From: Vulcanisaeta sp. AZ3
GTDB taxonomy: Archaea; Thermoproteota; Thermoprotei; Thermoproteales; Thermocladiaceae
Direction of reading: 5' to 3'
Assembly (NCBI GenBank): GCA_000960865.2
Contig: JZWU02000036.1
Span: 1-13,289 of the forward strand
Length of the DNA stretch: 13,289 bases
Position numbers and translations under genes: made by a program. This document shows positions 7,872 through 13,289 of this stretch, piece after piece (positions within the stretch are counted from its first letter, which is position 1; every line of letters starts with the position of its first letter). A model generated the notes under the pieces. It was not told the DNA's origin and ran no database searches. It was given only the letters and a program-made list of their open reading frames with translations.

Positions 7872-7979
7872 ACTAGGTTTATCCATGGAGCTGGAAGTAA
7901 TTTATTAATCATATAAGGCACTGATACTTTGATGAATACTTTCAGAAAACTTTCACTGATAAGGATTAAAGGAATTACT

Positions 7980-8216
7980 ATGGCCGTAGTTTCAATAGAT
8001 GGAGAACAACACATATTAATTAACCAAGAGACACGTGAGGTAGTTAAGGAGGTAAATAGGCTGCTCGGACTAAGAAGATGCTCATCATGCGGTAGGCTTA
8101 CAAAAGCTGAGGAGTTGGGCTATGTGGAAATAATAAATAGTAAAGTCACAAAAGCCCTATGTAACCATTGCTTAACTCAATTGATGAAGCATCTAATATG
8201 CAACATTGCAACTTAA
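7980..8216 (+). CDS. Small Zn-finger protein (CxxC-x23-CxxC)
   Basis: Likely start ATG 7980 (MAVVSIDGEQ; the track starts at TTG 7929). CSSC and CNHC pairs. Confidence 0.72.
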   Translation: MAVVSIDGEQHILINQETREVVKEVNRLLGLRRCSSCGRLTKAEELGYVEIINSKVTKALCNHCLTQLMKHLICNIAT

Positions 8217-8366
8217 ATTGAAAGCCACTAATACCGAGCACCCCTTAATTCAATCCAAGCTTAAGGCCTATTAGTATAGACCTTGTTCCGAGGATAAATT
8301 TTAGTGAGTGCTAGGTCGTGAGTTAATCCCATACCCTTATTAGTAGGAGTCTGTGTAGTCAGCAAA

Positions 8367-9713
8367 ATGCCCCTGGAATCATCATCGTGGCTTGATAAAT
8401 ACCTTGGAATGAGATACTACATAACTGACCGTGGAGGTATTGGTGGTAAGGTTAAACAAGATGTTGAGGATTTCATAGTAGAGGAGGTACTACTCGATGG
8501 GCAAGTAGTACCAACAAGCCTTACCGGGAAGCCGCTACCGAGACTAATAAGCAAACCTGGCCCTTGGACTTGGCTGCTCATTGAGAAGAAGGGTATGGAT
8601 GCAATAACACTATTGTTAATGCTAAGTAGGAGGTTGGGTGTGGGTCTTCATGAATTATCCTTTGGTGGTTTTAAGGATGCTTTGGCTGTGACGGCTCAAG
8701 TAATTTCAGTTAGAGGTATCTCGCCAAATAATGTACCGAGTGACTTGGGTAGCAACGTGAGGGTCCTAACTGCCCTAAGTATGGATAGACCCTTTACTAC
8801 AAGTGATATCTGGGGTAACGAGTTCACGATAAGAGTTAGGAGAGCCAATAGTAATATGGGGCTTGTTGATTGCATAATTAATCAGGTGATGGAGAGGGGA
8901 TTGCCCACGTACTATGGTTATCAGCGTTTTGGGCTTAAGAGGCCGAACTCTCATGTAGTCGGTAAATACATAATTAGAGGAGATTTTGAAAATGCGGTTA
9001 ACGAAATTATCGCACATGCATATCCAATGGAGCCATCGAGGATTAGAGAGGTTAGAGAGTTCATAGCTAGGACTGGTGATTATGCAAAAGCCCTTGACTT
9101 ATTACCGAAGGGTTACAAATACTATCCAGAGAGAATTTTACTGAGGCATCTTGCTAGTAATCCAAGGGATTATGTTAATGCCCTGAGAAAATTGCCCCAT
9201 GAATTGCTCATGATTTATGTGGAAGCCTATCAATCATATCTATTCAACCTAGCACTAACTGAGCGTATTAGTAGAGGCTTGCCGATAAATAAGGCTGTGC
9301 TTGGCGATATTATTATCTTACTTGATGAACATGGATTACCTACAAAGCACGTAATCCATGTTAATGAGCCTATGCTTGATAAGATTAATGAATTAATAAT
9401 TAAAGGCCGTGCTGTGCCTGCTGGGCACTTAATTGGCTATAACACAAAACCATTACCTGGAATTCAAGGCGATATTGAACATGATGTGATGAGAATGGAG
9501 AAGGTTGATCCATCTATGTTTAGGGTCAAGGCTATACCCAAACTATATATTAAGGGTAGTTATAGGCCGCTATCTGTAAAGCCTATCATGATTAAGGTAG
9601 AGGTTCAAGGTAACGATTTAACATTAGTATTTAGATTGCCCAGAGGTAATTATGCAACGACGTTTCTAAGGGAATTCATTAAGAGTGAGAAACCCGAGAC
9701 TGCATTCGCATGA
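8367..9713 (+). CDS. truD: tRNA pseudouridine(13) synthase TruD/Pus7
   Basis: GG.VKQ..EDFIVEE, catalytic GxKD (GFKDALAVTAQ), GNEFTIRVR, P.YYGYQRFG, AYQSYLFN, GSYR and F.LPRG.YATT.LRE. Confidence 0.96.
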   Translation: MPLESSSWLDKYLGMRYYITDRGGIGGKVKQDVEDFIVEEVLLDGQVVPTSLTGKPLPRLISKPGPWTWLLIEKKGMDAITLLLMLSRRLGVGLHELSFGGFKDALAVTAQVISVRGISPNNVPSDLGSNVRVLTALSMDRPFTTSDIWGNEFTIRVRRANSNMGLVDCIINQVMERGLPTYYGYQRFGLKRPNSHVVGKYIIRGDFENAVNEIIAHAYPMEPSRIREVREFIARTGDYAKALDLLPKGYKYYPERILLRHLASNPRDYVNALRKLPHELLMIYVEAYQSYLFNLALTERISRGLPINKAVLGDIIILLDEHGLPTKHVIHVNEPMLDKINELIIKGRAVPAGHLIGYNTKPLPGIQGDIEHDVMRMEKVDPSMFRVKAIPKLYIKGSYRPLSVKPIMIKVEVQGNDLTLVFRLPRGNYATTFLREFIKSEKPETAFA

Positions 9714-9773
9714 CGTGATGGTCAATTTTGTGACCAAGAAACAATATTAAATGCTAATTATGACGATGAGGTA

Positions 9774-10436
9774 ATGCAACCAATACTGTTGGGAATACCT
9801 GGGCTTGAGTATCAAGGGTTCATGGAGTGCGAGGTGGACTTTTTATTAGGGCTTATGAACTCGATAGATAGGGGTGTAACGGAGAATAAAAGGCCCCAAT
9901 ACCCAGCTCAGTCTTGGTGGTCAGTGCTTATGATGGAGCCTATTAGGGATCCACCGAGTATAGATCCGATGCAGACGCCTCTGGTTAAATTAACAAGAGC
10001 GTCTCTCATAAACATACCAATCACAGACCCAACCTATGGAAAGTACAGCATAAGGCTTAACCAAGATGTTGACCCAGACACGGAGATTAACGGCGTCATT
10101 AAGGCAATAATTACAGAGGCTAGGGAAAGACCTGTTATAGCATCAATAAATGCCTTGGATAGATTCTTACATTTAAAACCAAGCTTAAGATGTCAACTAT
10201 ATAAAGCAATAGATGCTGCACTTAGAGATTTAATACTTAGAAATGATGTAACACATATAATATTATTCTCACCATATGGAAATCCCGAAGGGCTTGAGGA
10301 GGGTAATCACTCAGAGTACGGTGTATATATAGCTACAGTGACTAGGCCAAGGCATGAGGACACTGTTAAGATTCATGAAATTGGGTATTTATTTAACGAA
10401 GCTGTTGAACAAGTAATGTCATCTTATACAGCATAA
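9774..10436 (+). CDS. Alkaline phosphatase / nucleotide pyrophosphatase superfamily-like protein, degenerate
   Basis: ILLGIPGLEY (cf. IGxDG), PAQSWWSV (cf. P.W.S), LINIPIT.P (cf. N.P.T.P), ILFSPYG (cf. SDHG), GNHSEYGVYI (cf. GxHxxxG). GAGGT just upstream of the ATG. Confidence 0.6.
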   Translation: MQPILLGIPGLEYQGFMECEVDFLLGLMNSIDRGVTENKRPQYPAQSWWSVLMMEPIRDPPSIDPMQTPLVKLTRASLINIPITDPTYGKYSIRLNQDVDPDTEINGVIKAIITEARERPVIASINALDRFLHLKPSLRCQLYKAIDAALRDLILRNDVTHIILFSPYGNPEGLEEGNHSEYGVYIATVTRPRHEDTVKIHEIGYLFNEAVEQVMSSYTA

Positions 10437-10467
10437 ACCTTAAAACTTAAGGCATTATTGGTGCTAC

Positions 10468-10566
10468 GCCCCGGTAGCTCAGCCTGGTCGGAGCGCCCAG
10501 GGGCAAACGCCCCGTGTATGCCTTGTAAGCGGGAGGTCCCGGGTTCGAATCCCGGCCGGGGCTCCA
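10468..10566 (+). tRNA. tRNA-Thr(UGU) with a 21-nt intron at position 29/30 and genome-encoded CCA
   Basis: Acceptor stem GCCCCGG 10468-74 / CCGGGGC 10556-62; D arm GCTC/GAGC; T arm CCGGG-TTCGAAT-CCCGG. Removing 10499-10519 gives anticodon arm CCCGC-CT-TGT-AA-GCGGG. Discriminator T10563, CCA 10564-66. Confidence 0.95.
10499..10519 (+). other. Non-canonical tRNA intron (29/30) with relaxed bulge-helix-loop motif
   Basis: AGGGGCAAACGCCCCGTGTAT. Hairpin GGGGC-AAAC-GCCCC, 3-nt bulge CC/A, central helix GCGC(10493-96):GTGT(10514-17), then AT/G at the 3' splice site. Confidence 0.9.
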
Positions 10567-10616
10567 CGAATTTCTGCTGAGGTTAGGTTTATAGGTTGCT
10601 ATTTTTCGTGAGTCTC

Positions 10617-11300
10617 GTGAATCTTGTAACACTATTGGTGAATGTGTTGAATTACATTGGTATCGTAGCCTTTGCAGCTTCCGGCGCGTTTAAGGCTTTT
10701 GAGAAGGGGTTAGATGTTCTTGGTGGTGTTGTTTTAGGTTCCTCGGTTGCATTGGCTGGTGGTATTATTAGGGACGTCCTACTTGGTGTTTTTCCACCAG
10801 TTAATATTGTTTATTTGCCCTATCCGGCCACCGCAATTACAGCATCCATTATTGCTTACATGTTTTACCCATTCTTTTCTAGGTTTCGAGAGGTTTTCCT
10901 ATACGCTGATGCCATAGGGCTTGGTACATTTGCGGCCATCGGTGCTGAGATTGCCTATCAACATGGTCTTAGTATCCTCGGTATAATATTGATGGCTGCA
11001 ATAACGGCAGCTGGCGGTGGTGTAGTTAGGGATGTACTTGCTGGTGAAATTCCTGTAATCTTTAGACGGGATATCTATGCTACTATCGCAATGCTGGGCG
11101 GAATTATATATGTGATTCTAAGGCCGCTCATTGGTGGTGAGGTTGATGTAATAGCCACGGCAATAATTATAGTCTTACTTAGGTTCATCATAGTTGCACG
11201 TGGTCTCGATAAGTCATACGTAACAATACGCATAAAATTCAAGAGAATAGTAAGTGGAAGGGTTACTAATAAAGATGGTTCTAATCGCTATGCACATTGA
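10617..11300 (+). CDS. Trimeric intracellular cation channel (TRIC, UPF0126/YadS) family membrane protein
   Basis: Internal duplication GIVAFAASGA...D..G...A.AGGIIRDVLLG..P and DAIGLG.FA..G...TA.GGGVVRDVLAGEIP...IYA. Start uncertain; GTG 10617 lies 23 nt after TTTATA at 10588-93 (the track starts at 10596). Confidence 0.92.
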   Translation: MNLVTLLVNVLNYIGIVAFAASGAFKAFEKGLDVLGGVVLGSSVALAGGIIRDVLLGVFPPVNIVYLPYPATAITASIIAYMFYPFFSRFREVFLYADAIGLGTFAAIGAEIAYQHGLSILGIILMAAITAAGGGVVRDVLAGEIPVIFRRDIYATIAMLGGIIYVILRPLIGGEVDVIATAIIIVLLRFIIVARGLDKSYVTIRIKFKRIVSGRVTNKDGSNRYAH

Positions 11301-11508
11301 TGCCGAGTTCTCGAGCTACGTTCACGAGTTTTCTAACTCTATTCCATGCATAACTCCTCACAATAATCACATTACCCAGAGACTCAGAGATTAAGCCAAG
11401 CCTTATTATTGAGTCCTTGAGTTTATCATAGGTTTCTAGGTCCATGGTCACTACATAATTACCCTCAGGATCTTTTCGTCGACTTACGTTGAGTCCCCTT
11501 AGTCTCAC
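11281..11508 (-). CDS. Small hypothetical protein downstream of rfcL (start GTG 11508 or ATG 11445)
   Basis: Fills the gap between rfcL and the TRIC gene on the rfc strand and has a protein-like amphipathic pattern. ATG 11445 would avoid overlap with rfcL and give 54 aa. Confidence 0.55.
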   Translation of the reverse strand: MRLRGLNVSRRKDPEGNYVVTMDLETYDKLKDSIIRLGLISESLGNVIIVRSYAWNRVRKLVNVARELGINVHSD

Positions 11509-12772
11509 TGCTCTCCACCTCTTCGACTCCTAGTGCTCTTTCTACGTTCTCTATAGAGTAACCCAGTACTTTCATCAATCTCTCAAGGAGTTTCTTTTTG
11601 AATTGGTCGCTAGTTGCCATTAATTTTAATAAAGGCAAGTAATATAAGGATACTTCAGAGCTGCTTGCATGTAACTCTGTTCTTAATCTATTAATCAAAA
11701 CCGTTCTCAATTGCCTTACCTCCTTTGTACTAGTCATTAATCTAATTCTTTCCGGAAACGATAGCCTAACAAACCTCGCCAATGGTGGTTTATTACGTAC
11801 AAGGGCTATTCCTGCAGTCATTAATTCAGTCATGTATGGCATTAATTCCCATTCTTGAATTCTCATTATCCTGCCTCTAATAACGTCAGAGAGTGATAGG
11901 TTATCTAAGGCGTCACTAATAGCCTCTGTTGATTTGGCATACACTGAGGGTATGTTATCAAGGGCCCATGGGTAATAGCTCTCGTAATCAAAGCTCGGTA
12001 AGAAAGATACAGATCTCGCATCTTCAAACCTTCTTGCATGGAATACTCTGTCGAGTATCTTAAACATATCGAACTGACGAGCTCTCTCAGTTACAGTAAC
12101 GTCGTCCTTAGTAAGTACTTTCCTACCCTCAGCGGTTGCTTGTAGATCATTTATTGCAGCCCTAACATCGCCTCCCGAGGATTCGGCTATGAGCTTTAAC
12201 GCATCTTCTTCGCACTTGATGCCTTCATCGTTGCATATCCTCCTCAATATCTTTATTACGTCATTATCACTTAATGGTTTTAACTGAATAACCTCAGCTT
12301 CATCTCTTAACTCTCTAAACTTCGGGTCCCAAGGATTATTTGCGGTCATTATTATGGGCCACGTGGACTCCCTAATTAACTCCACAATTGCGGTTAATCC
12401 ACCCTTATCCTCCCTGACGTTTAATCCATCAACCTCATCAAAGAGGATAATCCTACCCCTAAAGCCAAAAAGCGAGCCTAGCCTCATGGAACTGCCAATG
12501 ACTTGTTTAATTCTCTCGCCAGTTCTCACATCACTTGCGTTCAATTCAAGAACTTCATAACCATTTTCATTGGCTAGGGCATAGGCTAAGGTTGTTTTTC
12601 CAATACCTGGTGGTCCGACAAGCATTACAGCTTTCTTACTAGGTTTACCCCTTTCCCAGGATTTTATCCAATCCTGAAGCGCTTTCTTTGCTTCTTCTTG
12701 ATTGACAACGTCAGAGAGTCTCCTCGGCCTATACTTCTCGACCCAAGGTATTCTCCTGGACAAAAAACTCAC
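11465..12772 (-). CDS. rfcL: Replication factor C large subunit
   Basis: PWVEKYRP, Walker A GPPGIGKTT, ELNASD.R, Walker B FDEVDG, GDVRAAINDLQ. GTGA overlap with the rfcS stop. Confidence 0.96.
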   Translation of the reverse strand: MSFLSRRIPWVEKYRPRRLSDVVNQEEAKKALQDWIKSWERGKPSKKAVMLVGPPGIGKTTLAYALANENGYEVLELNASDVRTGERIKQVIGSSMRLGSLFGFRGRIILFDEVDGLNVREDKGGLTAIVELIRESTWPIIMTANNPWDPKFRELRDEAEVIQLKPLSDNDVIKILRRICNDEGIKCEEDALKLIAESSGGDVRAAINDLQATAEGRKVLTKDDVTVTERARQFDMFKILDRVFHARRFEDARSVSFLPSFDYESYYPWALDNIPSVYAKSTEAISDALDNLSLSDVIRGRIMRIQEWELMPYMTELMTAGIALVRNKPPLARFVRLSFPERIRLMTSTKEVRQLRTVLINRLRTELHASSSEVSLYYLPLLKLMATSDQFKKKLLERLMKVLGYSIENVERALGVEEVESSETKGTQRKSTKRS

Positions 12773-13289
12773 CTTCTCCTGGTAGGTGTTTTAGATTCCT
12801 TACTAACTTCCTTACCAGTCTCCAATCCGTACTTCTTACCGATAAGCATGAGCTTAGCAATGAATACTGACAATTGTATCTCCTCATCAGAACCCTCAGT
12901 AAGTCTGTAATCAATATCAGCAGCAATCTCAGCAATCTCTACCTTGGCCTCATCAGGCATTGATATATTACTACTCATTATTTGTCTTTGCACGGCTCTT
13001 AGTATATCGGTACCTGATACACCGTGCTCATACATCAATGCACGTAATTTATCCCGGGCCTTTATGAAGTCGCCGCTCAGTGCTATGTTCACAAGCTCTA
13101 TAATCTCCTTAGGTTCTATGAATCCTACCGTCTTATAGATTATCTCAGGCGTTATCTCCTTAGCCGTGGCGGCTGCTGCTTGTAGTGTGTTTATTGCTTT
13201 TCTCATGTCTCCTTGGCTTATGTCCCATATTGCTTCGAGGCCTTCGTCAATTATTTTAACACCCTCCTTTGAGGCAATCTCTCTCAACC
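12769..13289 (-). CDS. rfcS: Replication factor C small subunit, C-terminal part (5' end outside the window)
   Basis: GDMRKAINTLQ, F.KAR.KLR.L, G.SG.DI and DYRLTEGSDEEIQL are the RFC small subunit lid and collar motifs. Lies directly upstream of rfcL. Confidence 0.95.
   Translation of the reverse strand, partial: LREIASKEGVKIIDEGLEAIWDISQGDMRKAINTLQAAAATAKEITPEIIYKTVGFIEPKEIIELVNIALSGDFIKARDKLRALMYEHGVSGTDILRAVQRQIMSSNISMPDEAKVEIAEIAADIDYRLTEGSDEEIQLSVFIAKLMLIGKKYGLETGKEVSKESKTPTRRR

Noticed and set aside
8217-8366. Possible ncRNA in the 150-bp gap before truD (ACTAATA...TATTAGT dyad)
   Set aside because: No C/D boxes, no convincing H/ACA hairpin and no GC-rich stem as expected for a thermophile ncRNA.
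7332-9017. Minus-strand ORFs 7332-7667, 7649-8014 and 8775-9017
   Set aside because: They overlap better-supported plus-strand genes and have no recognisable motifs.
10530-10566. tRNA 3' end as an integration (att) site of a mobile element
   Set aside because: No duplicate of the tRNA half and no integrase in the window, and the flanking genes are housekeeping.
10606-10623. Tandem 9-mer TCGTGAGTC/TCGTGAATC
   Set aside because: Only two imperfect copies, compatible with chance.
10447-10632. 61-aa minus-strand ORF
   Set aside because: Antisense reading of the tRNA-Thr gene (the WSPGRDSNPGPP pattern is typical of reverse-translated tRNA).
12354-13138. Short ORFs 12354-12560, 12698-12910, 12729-12935 and 12944-13138
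   Set aside because: Antisense or alternate-frame overlaps of rfcL and rfcS.
1-13289. CRISPR array, IS element, intein or defence system
   Set aside because: No regularly spaced repeats, transposase or terminal inverted repeats seen. TruD and RfcL have normal lengths without insertions.

Overview
Archaeal chromosomal window, most likely from a crenarchaeote of the order Thermoproteales (Vulcanisaeta/Caldivirga-like). This is inferred from a tRNA intron at non-canonical position 29/30, a GTP-dependent dephospho-CoA kinase, an rfcS-rfcL pair and TATA boxes about 24 nt from start codons. From left to right it holds: the 3' end of an acyl-CoA synthetase; an amidohydrolase-fold protein with a degenerate metal site; a small 6-TM SatP/UreI-like channel; an APC amino-acid permease; a tightly packed minus-strand cluster (dephospho-CoA kinase, RibD-type reductase, DUF72, DUF364, YaaA/DUF6884-like protein); two uncharacterised genes, one a small Zn-finger protein; truD; a degenerate alkaline-phosphatase-superfamily protein; an intron-containing tRNA-Thr(UGU); a TRIC-family channel; a small ORF; rfcL; and the 3' part of rfcS. 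I see no CRISPR array, transposase, integrase or recognisable defence system. The most unusual signals are a sharply bounded tract (1-111) where every synonymous codon choice avoids G/T, two apparent pseudoenzymes, the DUF72/DUF364/DUF6884 cluster, and a box C/D (k-loop)-like element upstream of the Zn-finger gene. All family assignments come from motif recognition by eye, not from database searches.
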